Shown: positions 13,358 through 41,756 of the stretch, one piece after another
Numbering within the stretch: the first letter of the stretch is position 1
Layout: each line of letters starts with the position of its first letter
Assembly (NCBI GenBank): GCA_051294375.1
Contig: CM119264.1
Span: 2,228,481-2,292,480 of the forward strand
Source: Paraspadella gotoi
Lineage: Eukaryota > Animalia > Chaetognatha
Length of the DNA stretch: 64,000 bases
Reading direction: 5' to 3'
Notes under the pieces: generated by a model
Seen by the model: only the letters and a program-made list of their open reading frames with translations
What the model was told of the DNA's origin: nothing
Database searches by the model: none
Translations under genes and position numbers: made by a program

Positions 13358-14066
13358 TGATCGATCGATCGATCGTTTTCACAAATCCCCTCGCACCCGT
13401 AGGCCTGTCCCGGTGTCGGAATCGAGGGTGCTTCCGGTTTTCTCAAAAACTTTAATCTGTTGTTGACGACCACTTCCGGCTTTTTCTCGAGCGCCGACGC
13501 CGATCCCGGCGCGCCGCCTCCTCCCGGCGTTTTCGACGACGACGGCGTCGTGGCGCTGTTCACTTCGTAGGCGCCGGGACCGGGGAAATCCGCGCCGGGT
13601 CGGTCTTCGAAGCGGCGCGCTCGGTTGGCGAGCGCGCGGCATCCCCGCGGGGCGCTGAATTTGGAAAGGGCGGACGGGAGGCCGTGGTCGTAGGCGCCGG
13701 GACCGGGCAACGTCAGGGCGGCGTCGGTGACCTTGAAGTTAATAAAGATTTTTTAAAAAAATTGTATATAAAATAAAAAGAAAAATAAATATTAAAATGG
13801 GTGAATGTTTAAACTAAGTTGTACAAACTAAGTTTTATTTATTTAATATCAAATTATATATATTTATTATTTAAATATTTAGCTATACATTTTTATTAAA
13901 TACAACTTTGACCCTCACCATTGAAGTATCTCTTCCCGCCATAGAGGCGAAGGGCGCGAAGCCGTCTGTCTTCATCGTTGACTTGGTCGGTCCGTCTATC
14001 GCTTCGTACGAACCAGGTCCGACCATCTCGGACGTACTGCCCACCGTCGGTCCGAACCGGCGGGGG
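6562..14066 (-). CDS. STPG2: Sperm-tail PG-rich repeat-containing protein 2, 8 coding exons. Approximate coordinates: gap-13919, 13731-13396, 13021-12729, 12488-12309, 8328-8081, 7799-7550, 7474-7184, 6687-6562. The start codon lies in the N gap.
   Basis: N-terminus MYDRAPRRFGPTVGSTSEMVGPGSY...GFAPFASMAGR (ATG recovered from the inverted copy at 15241). Repeated PGPGAY/GPAxY SHIPPO repeats, APSIPTPGQAYGYEENDDGTL, and C-terminal DTLLKSTFNVTLSNP. Exon 4 carries small indels. Confidence 0.9.
9130..11684 (-). CDS. Nested intronless orphan gene (~850 aa) in STPG2 intron 4, same strand as the host, with a central 8-aa Asn-rich repeat
   Basis: ORFs 10650-11702 and 9130-10356 join into 851 codons (2553 nt) if two single-base insertions in the repeat (~10616, ~10675) are removed. 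The non-repeat parts have exon-like GC content inside AT-rich intron. ATG context is AAAATGG. Confidence 0.7.
9935..10830 (-). repeat. Coding 24-bp minisatellite, about 37 units, encoding NL[ND][PQE]NS[FSL][PQ]
   Basis: Unit such as GATTTAGATTTGGAAATGAGTTTG on +, with blocks of sub-variants. Confidence 0.95.
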
Positions 14067-14220
14067 NNNNNNNNNNNNNNNNNNNNNNNNNNNNNNNNNN
14101 NNNNNNNNNNNNNNNNNNNNNNNNNNNNNNNNNNNNNNNNNNNNNNNNNNNNNNNNNNNNNNNNNNNNNNNNNNNNNNNNNNNNNNNNNNNNNNNNNNNN
14201 NNNNNNNNNNNNNNNNNNNN
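14067..14220. other. Assembly gap (154 N)
   Basis: N run. The inverted copy at ~15135-15255 shows it contains a (CT)n tract and the STPG2 ATG. Confidence 0.99.
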
Positions 14221-14316
14221 AGAGAAATATATAAACGATAAAAGTAAGAATTCAATAAACGAAAAACAATTAAAATATTTTTTGAATACTTATTAACTTA
14301 AGTAAGTATCACTTAC

Positions 14317-14543
14317 GTTTTCTCAAAAAGCCGAAGAAAAATAATCTTAGAAATTGTTAATTATTGGGATTGCTTTTTGTTAATGTAGCAAAAGTAAATT
14401 TGATGAGAAAAATCTAAGAGGAAAACGAAAGGTTTGGTTTCCATGGAAGAAGCGAAGACTGAGGAAGCGAACCTTATCTTGGGATTGGGTCAAGAAGAAA
14501 AGATCAGGTTTGCATGTTGAAGCTTAACCATAGCGAGGTAAGT
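14317..14543. promoter_or_regulatory. Putative bidirectional STPG2/CFAP92 promoter with an RFX X-box-like site GTTTCCATGGAAGA (14437-14450), between two outward-facing 5'UTR exon donors
   Basis: Minus-strand donor AAC|GTAAGT at ~14317 and plus-strand donor GAG|GTAAGT at ~14538. Both genes are cilia/flagella genes. A second X-box-like site GTTGCTTAGCAAAC lies at 14633-14646. Confidence 0.55.
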
Positions 14544-14681
14544 ACTGACGAGTAAAAGTAAAAATCTCTCTCTCTCTGTGTGTGTGGTTTCTGTCGCCTC
14601 TTCTCCCTCGTTTCATTGCTTTAGTAGAGAACGTTGCTTAGCAAACAGTTGAAAGACGCGGGAGGACCCAAACTAGTATTC

Positions 14682-14741
<60 letters not shown>

Positions 14742-14777
14742 ATCTCTCTCTCTTCTCTCTTCTCTTCCGGTTTCCAT

Positions 14778-16688
14778 TTTTTTACTTTACTCGTCAGTTA
14801 CTTACCTCGCTATGGTTTAAGCTTCAACATGCAAACCTGATCTTTTCTTCTTTGACCCAATCCAAGATCAAGGTTCGCTTCCTCAGCATCTTCGCTCTTT
14901 CCATGGAAACCAAAACCTTTCGTTTTCCTCTTAGATTTTTTCTCATCAAATTTTACTTTTGCTACATTAACAAAAATGCAATTCCCAATAATTAAACAAT
15001 TTTCTAAGATTATTTTTTCTTCGGCTTTTTGAGAGAAAACGTAAAGTGATACTTACTTAAGTTAATAAGTATTTCAAAAAATATTTTAAATTGTTTTCGT
15101 TTATTGAATTCTTACTTTTATCGTTTATATATATTCTCTTCTCTCTCTCTCTCTCTCTCTCTCTATCTCCTCTCTCTCTCTCTCTCTCTCCACTCTCTCT
15201 CTCTCTCTCTCTCTCCTCTCTCTCTTCTCCTCTTACCAAGATGTACGACCGCGCCCCCCGCCGTTCGGGACCGACGGTTGGGGCAGTACGTTCCGAGAAT
15301 GGCTCGGACCTGCGGATCGTAGAAGGATAGAACGGACCGACCAAGTTCAAGATGAAGGACAGACGGCTTCGGCGCCCTTGCCTCTATGGCGCGGAAGAGA
15401 TAACTTCAATGTGTGAGCGTCAAAAGTTTGTATTTAATAAAAAATGTATAGGCTAAATATTTTTAAATAATAAATATTATAGTAATTTGATATTAAATAA
15501 ATAAAACCTTAGTTTGTACAACTAGTTTAAACATTCACCCATTTATTATTTATTTTCTTTTTATTTATATACCAATTTTTTTTAAAAAATCTTTATTAAC
15601 TTTCAAGGTCACGACGCCCGCCCTGACGTTGCACCGGTCCCGAGGCGCCTACGACCACGGCCTCCCGTCCGCCCTTCCAAATTCAGCGCCCGCGTGGATT
15701 GCGCGCGCTCGCCAAACGAGCGCCGGCCGCTTTCGAAGACCGGACCCGCGCGGGATTTCCCCGGTCCCGGCGACCTACGAAGTGAACAGCGCCACGAACG
15801 CCGTTCGCGTCGAAAACGCCGGGAGGAGGCGGCGCGCCGGGATCGCGCGTCGGCGCCTCGAGAAAAAGCCGGACAACGTGGTTTCGTCAACAACAGATTA
15901 ATAAGTTTTTGAGAAAACGGAAGCACCTCGATTCCGCACACCGCGGACAGGCCTACGGGTGCGAGGGGATTTTGTGTGAAAAACGATCGATCGATCGATT
16001 CAAATCCAATCAATCAATTCATAATCAATCAATCAATAATCAGTCAATATCATGAAGAAAGAGATCGAGATATCCGCTCAAGCTAATGCAGCAATCTGAT
16101 CAATCATTAAAATCAGCTTAGTATCCCCCCCCCGCTTCTAACCCATTAATCAATCAGTAATCAAATAAATTAATTAATCCAAATAACCAAATCAATTAAA
16201 TAAGCAAAGTAAGTAATCCATTTTAAAAAATAAATATTCGATTCAAGCGAATTTAGCAAAATTAATAATTAATTAATTAATTACATTAATTAATTTTTAA
16301 AAAATAAATAAATAATAAATATAATTTATAATTTAAAAATATAATCAATCAATCTTACCCAAAAAGCTACGAAGCAGAACGATGACGGCACGCTTCGTAA
16401 ACAGAAGCCGCCGATCAAGACTCCCCCATCGGATCCGGCGTTCTTACGGCTCCTAGCCGGCGGCGCCGCTCGCGCCACGGCGCTCTATCGCGGCGTCTTT
16501 TCGGCAACAAGATCGGCGAGACGCGGATTTTCGCTCCCGCGGCGGTCGGCAACAACGGCGGCGCTTGCTGCAGGCCCTTGGTCCGGGCGGATTACGATCT
16601 GACTCGGCGCATGCGACCTGGCGTCGGCTGCCAAGAACCGAGGATGCGCTGGAGGCGGTGACGCGGAGTGGTGAGTTATTTATTTATT

Positions 16689-16719
<31 letters not shown>

Positions 16720-16833
16720 TTTCTATCATTTATTTATTTATTTATTTAACTTTATTTCACTCCGAGTTTGATTTCTGGCCATCTTTTCAAAATTCTTCTA
16801 AACTAATCGGGTCTTCTCTCTCTCTCTCCTTGC

Positions 16834-16868
<35 letters not shown>

Positions 16869-19800
16869 CTCCTCTCTCTTCTCTCTCTCTCTCTCCTCTT
16901 TCCTCCCCGTCCCAAAGGCGCCCAACAAAAGCCCGACGCCAAACTCGCGCTACCACGAGGATTCGTACCAACGAAGCGTCAAAACTGGGACGCCAGGACC
17001 CGGACGATTACGGGACTGTCTCGTCGCAATCTCGACCCGAAGGCCAAAAGTTGACGTTCGACGGTTACGAGCGTCGAAGCGTCCGCCGTTCGGGACGCAG
17101 GTGACGGAGAATTGGGGTGGGTTGGGGAAGGTGGGGGTGGCTTGGTTGTTGTTTGTTGTTGATGTTCGTGCTAGTGATAATTTAGAAAAAAGAAAACTTT
17201 TTGATCATATTGGATTAATGATTACGGGGATTTGGTCACTGGTCACTATTAGACGAGAAACCATAAAGTTTTTCTCTCTCTCTCTCTCTCTCTCGCTCTC
17301 TCTCTCCTCTCTTTCTCTCTCCTCGGTTCACTAAAGAAATCATTATTACAAAATTCTGGGTTCAATCGCCTTTTAACGGCCGTTCTGACATCAAACCTCT
17401 TTGTACACAAGCGATGCCGTCGTCCCCCGATTCTCTTATTTTCTTTTTTTTCAATATGAAGATTCTACTTTTCGTTCCGCCCTTTTTTCGAGCCTTATCT
17501 TTCGTGATATCGCCCTAAATGAAACCCATGTCCCACACTGACTCTTTTAGGTAAACAAAATAAAGTAAATTCTCTGTCACAAATATCACAGAATGAACAC
17601 AATTTTTTCTTCAAAAAAAAAATAATCTTTCTTCTGTAATTGGAAATTTTGATGTAAAACGTTTTTATAAACAAAGTATGAACGAATATAACGAACATAT
17701 ATATCTAATTATATATTTAATTTGGAACAAAGAGGAGAAAATGGCTGCTTCCCTCCTCTTCCATCCAACTCCTTCTCCAAACTTTAGGTCGCAAGGATTG
17801 ATAACGGCCACGCCCCACTCCGATCACCACAACCGCCCACAAGCCGGACATACGCTCACCCTTCCTCACCCCCCCCATATGCGGCGGCTCCCACTTCCCC
17901 ACTTATTTCGCCGACCACGTCTGCCTTTCGTCTCTCAACCAATTACGGCGTCGATGGAGAGGACTCACCCGCCGACTGCTCGCCTTATCAACGCGACGCC
18001 ACTGAGAACGCCAGCCTTCCCGCCATGAGACCGCACCAACCAGCGCCGCCACGAGGTCCGCCCCTCCTCCGCCGACGAGCGATGCAGTTGAAAACCGACT
18101 GTCCGATGGCTTTTTCGAAAACGCAGTGCTTCTACGCGAGCGCAAAAATCAAGCTGCCGTCGCGTCTGGTGGCGGCGAGAGGCAAAGAGGAAAAAAAGCG
18201 GCTTGGCGGGGCGGGCGAAAGCGCGGCGACGAGCAAGGATCGATCGGCAGACGGGGCGATTGGTGGGGAGATCGAGACAACGAACGACGACGATGAAGAA
18301 GGCGACTCCAGCGAAGACGACGTCAATGACGACACCGACTCTTGCTCCCGCTGCGCGCCGCACGCCGCCGCCGCCGCCGCCGCACGCCGCTTGCTTCCGC
18401 CAACCGATCTCGTGTAAGCGGCGACCGCCGAATCTCTTTCCAATGATGGCGCTCTCAAGCGAAAAAACAAACAACAACAACAACAAACGACCACGAAATC
18501 CGCTTCCTTGCCGATTTCTTTTAGGAACGTGAATCTTCTTTGAATCTCGATTCCTCACCAAGAACATGAAATCTAAATTCCAGTTTCTACAGATAATACA
18601 ATTCAGAAGGAAACAACGTAATCAAAATCATTAGAAATAGGAATCAAATGGATTTCAGATCAAAATCCATATTCATTTCCAAATCTAAATCCCAAATTCA
18701 TTTTTCCAATTCTAAATTCAAATTCATTTCCAAATCTAAATTCCAAGTCATTTCCAAATTTAAATCCAAACTATCATTTATCCAAATTCCTAATCCTAAC
18801 TCATTCAAATTGATCCTAACCATCCAATCTAGATCTCCTAAGCTCATTTCAAATCTAGATCCTAAATCATTTCCAAATCTTAGATCCTAACTCATTTTCC
18901 AAATCTAATCCTTAACTCATTTCCAAATCTAGATCCTAAACTTCATTTCCAAATCTAGATCCTAACGCATTTTTCAATCTAAATCCAAACCTCATTTCAA
19001 AATCTAAATCCAAACTCATTTCAAAATCTAATCCAAACTCATTTCAAAATCTAAATCCAAACTTTCAAATTCCAACATTTCATAAATCCAAACCTCATTT
19101 CCAATCTAAATTTAACTCATTTCCAAAATCCAACCCATCCAAATTAGAATCAAAACCCTTTTGCCAATCTAAATTGAAAACTCATTGCCAATCTAAATGA
19201 AAAAACTCATTGCCAAATCTAAATGAAAACTCGATTGCCAAATCTAAATGAAAAACTCATTCAATTCTAAAATCCAAACTTCATTGCAAAATCTAAATCC
19301 AAACTCATTCCAAATCTAAATACCAAACTGCGTCTCAAAATTCCTTAATCACAAACTCGTTCCAAATCTTAAATTCTAAACTCGTCTCAAAATCTTAAAT
19401 CCAACACTCGTCTCAAAATCTAATCCAATCCCCAAATCTTAAATCCATCGTCTCAAAATCTAAACAAAACTCGTTCTCAAAATCTAAATCAAAACTTCGT
19501 CTCAAATCTAAATCAACTATTAAAAAACTCATCTCAAAATCTTAAATCAAAACTTCGTCTCAAAATCTAAATCAAAACTCGGTCTCCAAAATCTTAATCC
19601 ATATTTCGTTTCAAAAATCTAAATCCGCCTCAAATGTCAACCCCCTTCTCCAATTCTCTGTTCCTCAACTCCTCCTTTCAGTATCTCCCCGAGTCCCGAG
19701 GTCTCTCGTCGACGGAGACTTCGATCCTTCGACGCCCAACACGTCGTGGATGGCCGCTTCTGTCGACCTTACCAAGGATCCAGCTCCGCCTTCCGGAATT

Positions 19801-22800
19801 TACCGGAGCCGACATCACGAGGTGATCGAAACTCTCCGCATCTTTTACGGACTTCCGGAAGCGGAGGCGGCGAGCAGCCGAGGCTGGCGAAGTGGCCGTC
19901 GCTGTTCGAAAAGAAGCCGATACCTTCCGACGAAGTCCTTCGGTATCTGGAATCAAACGGACCCGGCGGTGAGCGTCGCGAGATTTCTACGAAGCTTTCC
20001 GGGCGACGAGAGTCTCGAGTCTAGATCGCCTTCAGATTCGTCGTTCGCCGGAATCCTGGACTCTTCGTCGACGGAGATCGAGGAATGTTCCAGGAGAATT
20101 TCTTGTACTGTCCCGTCTCCGGGGCCGCGTAAGGGCACCGCAGCAAGCAGTTCGATCGCTTCCAGCCGCCCGCAGCAGCAGAAAAATTTCCGATTCAACT
20201 TTCGAACCACCGCTCGTGGTCCAGCGCTTCCTCCCGCACAGACCCCCCCTTCAATTTGCAAGTACATTCACCCGCGATGGGCAAGCAGTACCCCGCCATT
20301 TGTCAGGCATGCCCCCGTCCCCTACCATGTCATGCATGCTGACATTCCCCACCATGTCCGGTATGCTCCAATCCCACGCCATGTCAGGCCTGGTACAATC
20401 CAATAATTACAATGATTGACATACCTACGATAATTACAATTTTTCTATCATTGATATTAATTTGTAAAGCTTCCTCGGCTACACCAATGTTTTATCAAAT
20501 CGTTTTGTACCTTTGTTTTTGACTTTTCGGTGCATTTAAGGCACTTATTATTATGAAAAATATTTGTTTACACAAGCTTTTTAAAAATCGATTTTCGTTG
20601 CTAGTATTTTTTCCACTATTTTCAGCTTTTGTTCTCCAGATTGTGGCCATTATGTTCTTCTTTTTTGAACATGTGTTTTTGTTAATAATTATAATTGATA
20701 TGTAATTAATTATACCTGACCAATTTAATTAAGCCTATATTAGTTATATTTTAAGCGATTTTTTAGGCAGATGGCAGTGGGAAGAATGTTCGCGGAAAAG
20801 AAAAAGGACCATCGATTTAAACGATTTTTATAAACGATTAACTCTTGACAACATCAAAAGTTTCATCTTTTTAAAATTAAATCTTTTATATTTACAAAGA
20901 TGAGATAAAATGGCGTATAAAAATTAAAATAGATGAAATTTATTTAATTGAAATCATAAAGCGAGTGGAATCGAATGGGCTAATTGTACATTGTGTACAA
21001 ATGTACAGGTGGCATTTCATTTTATTTAAAAATAATTTTAAATAAGCTAAAGTTTTGGCGAGGCGGTGTTTGAAAAGGGAGTAAAATAAGTTCTTAACCA
21101 TCAATGTATTTCTGAAGGAATGGGTCTTTCTATACCAAAATAATTATCGGAATACTTCATCTTCATAACGGCCTACTCATTTTAACTGTTAAGAGAACGT
21201 TGTTGATTTGACTCTTCATCCATCATTAATTTAATTTCACAAATTAATTAAACAAAAAAAAAATATCCACACAGGAAAAGCGTTTCGGGAATCGCAACCG
21301 CGTCCGTCTTCGAGCCGGCGGCCTTCGCCGCGGCCACGCCCCCTGGTACCCGGCGGCCTATACGACCCGCGGACGGCGTTAGCGCGCGCCGAAGAAACTG
21401 TCTTCGCTGCTAAAAAGTGTCCGTTCACCAGACGGCGCGTTGCGTTCGACATCGGCGGTGGGGAATCGGCGCCACGCGGGACCCGGCCGGTACAATCTCA
21501 TGGGGATGCGCGGCGGGAGAGCGTCAAGAAGGTGATTTGGATTTCTTATCGAAAGTTCGGAGGATTTGTCTTTGACTTTAATGTCACTTTTTTTTATTGT
21601 ATGTCCCGTCAATATTTAAGAACATTTTGACTTAAAAATTTTATTAGAGAAATTCGAATATGAAACATTTATTTGCTGTATTATGAGACCACTGTAGACT
21701 CTTTTTGTTACAATGTTTTATTCATTTACTTATTTCATTTTCTATTGCAATTTATAAATATAAAATAAAGAAGTCGGCATACTAATCAATCAAACAGATA
21801 ACATCAATCCAATCCAATCAAATCAACTATCAGGCCTACTTCGCGGCATCAAACCACGCGCGGACGCCTTTCGGTTCCACCAGAAGTCCGTAAGGACAAC
21901 TTTTCTCCTGGCGCCAAAAAGGACGAGACGGCGCCGGTCCGCAAATTACGCCGGTCGGCGCCGTCGCCGCTCGATCGAAGAGTCGCCGCCTCCCAAACCG
22001 ACGGCGCCCTTTCGCGTTCGAGCGACTAGAAGGGACAGAGCGCCGGTCGCCGGCCGGACGCGGCCGCCCCTGCCCGGCGTCGAAGAGAGCCGGCTCCGGG
22101 TGAGGTTGGGCAATGAGGATCGAGAGGCTCTCTCTCTTCTCTTCTCACAATACCTCTCTCTTCTCACCCAACCCTCTAGGCTCTTACGACGTCGTCGAGG
22201 CCTTTCGAACGTCTGGCACAAAAAATCCTGGAGCCTCGAACGAGCGACGCGCGACGCCGTCAGGCGCGTTTCTCTCCCGCTACACGATAATGGTTGCGGC
22301 CGGCAGGCCGGTCTCCGCAGAGGCCGTCCCCTGGTCCGGTCGCTTACGACGACGCCGGATTCCGACGCCGCCCCGCCAACGTCGGCGGGAAAGAATTCGT
22401 GTTCAAGGAACGACCGCTTCAAAGACTTTAGGAGGGAGGCGCAGGCCCGGTCCCGCGCATTATGAATTGTCGCCAGGTATATGTAATTTGTAGAATATAA
22501 TTCGATAATTGCCAACTTTTCAATTTTAGACTAAATTTATTTTAAAAAATTTAAAAATTGTGTTATGTTTACTGATTATTTAAGAGATAGATTCTTAGAA
22601 TATTTTACTAAATAAGAATGATTCATCAATCCACAGTTTGCATATACTAAGTAAATTGTTTTTTATGTTTTAAAAATTGGCGATATTTTTAGGTTTTACT
22701 TAGCTTTCTTATGATAATTGTGCAAAATTACTTGTTTCACTATTTTCTATTTTTATATTTTATGAGGATTTAATCTATATTATTTAATTAAATATAATTG

Positions 22801-23523
22801 CTTTTCTTTCTTTTTACTTATCATTATATCTAATAACTTAATTTGGGAAGGGGAAGTAATTATTATCGCTTCAATTATTTGTAAGTTATTGTGTAAGTAA
22901 AATCTAAGGATATTGGAAGTATTTTAGATAAAATTGGCGAAAATGAAGTTATTTAAAGCTATTTTTCTTCACCCTGCAGGTCAGGACACTCTTCTCAAGT
23001 CGACCTCAACGTGACCCTCTCCAATCCCATCGCCACAGAAACTCGAGGAGCGACAGCAGAGCCACGGGGGAGCTCGCCAGGGCCTGATGGGGACGGGGTA
23101 GACCAGTGGCGTTCATTGGCGGTCCTGCTGTCATTGGTCGACCATGACGGTCCTGATTATGGAAAGAACCTGTTAAAGTATTCTTTAGGGGGTGTAGCTT
23201 TAAAGGGTCTAACGCTTTCAAAAATAACAAAAAAATGTTTTTCAAAGCAATCGTCCACAATTATGTAATGATACTTGTAGTAATGATTTATTATTTTTCA
23301 ATTTCTCTTTCAATTACAATTTCTGTGTATTCTATCGTAGATTTTTTTTTTTTTTTTTTGAGATCGCAAGGGAACCGAAAAAAATATGATTTAAGAGTGA
23401 TGTCGAGAGGCGAGTTGTTACATCGGTTAACCAGTAATCACTGTCACCACCATGTACAAGAACTCATCACAAATCACGCGGAGATTATCGGTGAATCATA
23501 CCCGTACCGTTATTGGGAGAGAG

Positions 23524-23619
<96 letters not shown>

Positions 23620-23811
23620 AATTATAGTTCTTTTCTAACATGAAAAAGGCGTCCACATGACCAAAGATCTCGAAATTGGCCCGCTTAATCTTAACGAGAA
23701 TTTCAAAGTTTCGTCGATTTGGAACATTTCGGATTTCATGTCCTCCCACTTTCGCGAAGACGACGACGACAAAGACGCCTAATTTTCGTTAGGATTTTAT
23801 ATTTTCCCTGC
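14778..23811 (+). other. Indel-rich inverted duplicate of 5890-14564 (STPG2 plus nested gene); probable uncorrected long-read gap fill
   Basis: Reverse-complement identity along the whole length, with dense 1-nt indels equally in exons and introns. It ends at a 25-N gap. Confidence 0.9.
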
Positions 23812-23836
23812 NNNNNNNNNNNNNNNNNNNNNNNNN
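23812..23836. other. Assembly gap (25 N)
   Basis: Exactly 25 N separating two noisy extensions. Confidence 0.99.
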
Positions 23837-25340
23837 GCCCCCCTGCCTGGAAACCAGGTGATAATGATGATGATTGTAATGAATGAAGAACATGAATAGT
23901 TGATCTGTCGCTTTTCTTTTTGCCCCCGCCTCCTCATCATCCGGCCCCCGCGCCTTGGAAAAGTGAATGATAAATGAATTGAAATGAATGAATGAGATGA
24001 CATGAATGAATAGGTTGATTCGTCGCTTTCTTTTTTGCCCCCCGCTCCTCATCATTCGCTCCCCCGGCCTGGAAAGGATTATATGAAGTGAATGAATCAT
24101 GAATGAATGAATAGTTGATCCGTGCGCTTTCTTTTTGCCCCCGCCTCTCTCATTCATCCGGCCCCCCGGCCCTGGAGAAAAGTAATGAATATGGAATGAA
24201 TGAAAATAAGAATGGAATGAATGATGAATAGTTGTCCGTCGCTTTTCTTTTTGCCCCCCGCCTCCTCATTTCATCCGGCCCCCCGGGCCTGGAAAAGGAT
24301 TTAATGAATGAAATGAATGAATGAATAGATGAATGAATGAATAGAATGAAGATCTGTCGCTTTCTTTTTGCCCCCCGCTCCTCATCATGGCCCCGGCCTG
24401 GAAAAGGGATTAATGAATGAATGAATGAATGAATGAATGAATAGTTGATCCGTCGCTTTCTTTTTGCCCCCCGCCTCCTCATCATCCGGCCCCCCGGCCT
24501 GGAAAGGAATTAATGAAGAATGAATTGAATGATATGAATGAAATGAACTGAATGAATGAATGATAGTGAATCCGTCGGCTTCTTTTTGCCCCCCGCCTCC
24601 TCATTCATCCGGCCCCCCGGCCTGAAAAGAGGATTAGATGAATGAATGAATGACATGGAATGAATGATATTGATCGCGCTTTTTGCCCCCTGCCCACCCG
24701 CTAAGGAATGACATGATAATGAAATGAATGAATGAATAGTATGATCTCGTCGCTTTCTTTTTGCCCCCCGCTCCTCACATCCGGCCCCCGCGGCACTGGC
24801 AAAAGGGATTAATGAATGAATGAATGAATGAGAGCATAATGAATTGGAATAAGATATTGATCCGTCCGCTTTCTTTTTGCCCCCCGCCTCCTCATTCATC
24901 CGGCCCCCCGGCCTGCGAAGCGGCATAAATTTGATGATGAAAAGGTGAATTGAATAATTAGTTACGTCGTTCTTTGCCCCCGCTCTCATATCCCTGGCTG
25001 ACGAATGATATGAATGAATGAATGAATGAATGAATGTAATTGAATGAATGAATGAATAGTTGATCCGTCGCTTCTTTTTGCCCCCCGCCTCCTCATCATC
25101 CGGCCCCCCGGGCCTGGGGAAATGAGAATATAATGATGACAGTGAGAATATGATCGCCTTTCCCGCCTAATGGCCCGGCCTGCGGAGATGAATATGGAAT
25201 GTGAATGAATGATGAAATGATGAATGAAATGACATGTAATCTTTTTGCCCGCCACTCATCCCCGCTGGAAAGGATAATGAATTTTGAATAATGAATGAAT
25301 GAAATATGAATGAATGAATGATGAATTGAATGAATGAATC
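23837..25340 (-). repeat. ~116-bp tandem array, about 14-15 noisy copies: (ATTC)n + splice acceptor + start of CFAP92 coding exon 2
   Basis: Recurrent GATCCGTCGCTTTCTTTTTGCCCCCCGCCTCCTCATCATCCGGCCCCCCGGCCTGGAAAAGGGATT(AATG)n. Only 2 copies are present at 27150-27450. Confidence 0.9.
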
Positions 25341-26135
25341 CCACATGTAAATTTTCTCATGTATATTGAATGTCACTGGAACTCACCCTCCAACATGTCT
25401 CAGTTCGGGCATCGGTACGGCAAATGGCAACGCGTGACGTGAAGGTCACGTGATGTCGCCCGTCGTCTTCCTCGGTGCCAAGCAGCAGCAGCAGCAGCGT
25501 CGTGTCTTCTCCAGCTGCGTCGACGATTTTCGTCGCCTCGGTTGCTGCAGAGCTTCATCATTTTTTTGCGAGCAGCCGCATCTCGAGAGGTCTCCGGTTT
25601 TGTTTCGTCGGACATTCCTCGCGTTTGTTTTTGTTTTTGTTTTTGTTTTTTTTGTTTTGTTTTTTAATCAACAAGAAACAAAAAAGGAATTTTCAGTTGA
25701 ACTTCAATCCTTGATCTTATATCGTTGTTTTTTTTTTTTAATTATGTTCGTTTGTATTAGTTTTGTTTTCATTTCTGAAAGCGTGGAATCGTTTGAAAAG
25801 TTTTTGATTGTTTTAATTTTTTGATTGTATATATTGTATAATGTATATGGTAAATAAGAATCTTTGAAAGTTGAGATTGCATTGTAAATACGTTGACGTT
25901 GAAGTTATTGAATTTTTTTGCCGGTGGTCGAATTTAGCACAATTTAACAAGAACCTGAAAATTATAAAAGAAAATACTTTGTAATAATATAATATTAGTC
26001 AATTAGGTATACATCAAAATTTTTATAATCTTTACCACTTCAACAGAAGTAAATTTTACTAATGATAATAACTGAACAAGAACCACGAAGATACTTTTTA
26101 AAAAGATTTCGAGCAGTTTATCCCCCCTCTCTCTC
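23837..26135 (-). other. Indel-rich inverted duplicate of the CFAP92 5' region (26380-27450), including the expanded junction array
   Basis: Reverse-complement match. ORF 25400-25615 begins MSDETKPET, as does ORF 26881. Confidence 0.9.
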
Positions 26136-26142
26136 TCTCTTT

Positions 26143-26179
<37 letters not shown>

Positions 26180-26294
26180 GTGTGGTTTGCTGTCGCCTCT
26201 TCTCCCTCGTTTTCATTGCTCTTAGCTAGAGAACGTTGCTTAGCAAACAGTTGAAAGGACGCGGAGGACCCAAACTAGTATCTCTCTCTCCTTT

Positions 26295-26366
<72 letters not shown>

Positions 26367-26880
26367 TCCGGTTTCCATTGAGAGAGAGAGAGGGGGATAA
26401 ACTGCTCGAATCTTTTTTAAAAGTATCTTCGTGGTTCTTGTTCAGTATTATCATTAGTAATATTTACTTCTGTTGAAGTGGTAAAATTATAAAAATTGAT
26501 GTATACCTAATTGACTAATATATTAATTACAAATATTTTCTTTTAATTTCAGGTTCTTGTTAAATTGTGCTAAATTTCGACCACCGCAAAAAAAATTCAA
26601 TACTTCACGTCAACGTATTTACAATCAATCTCAACTTTCAAGATTCTTATTACATATACATTATACAATATATACAATCAAAAATTAAAACATCAAAAAC
26701 TTTTCACGATTCACGCTTCAAATGAAAACAAAACTAAAATACAAAACGAAACATAATTAAAAAAAAAAACAACGATAAGATCAGGATGAAAGTTCAACTG
26801 AAAATTCCTTTTTTGTTTCTTGTTGATTAAAAACAAAAACAAAAAAAAACAAAAACAAAAACAAAAAACAAAACCGAGGA

Positions 26881-41756
<14,876 letters not shown>

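Noticed and set aside
15241-23160. Second STPG2 copy and second nested gene as paralogues or pseudogenes
   Set aside because: The indel pattern and 25-N gap indicate raw long-read sequence rather than a real duplicate.
23837-25340. CRISPR-like repeat-spacer array
   Set aside because: The spacers are (AATG)n microsatellite, the context is eukaryotic and there are no cas genes.
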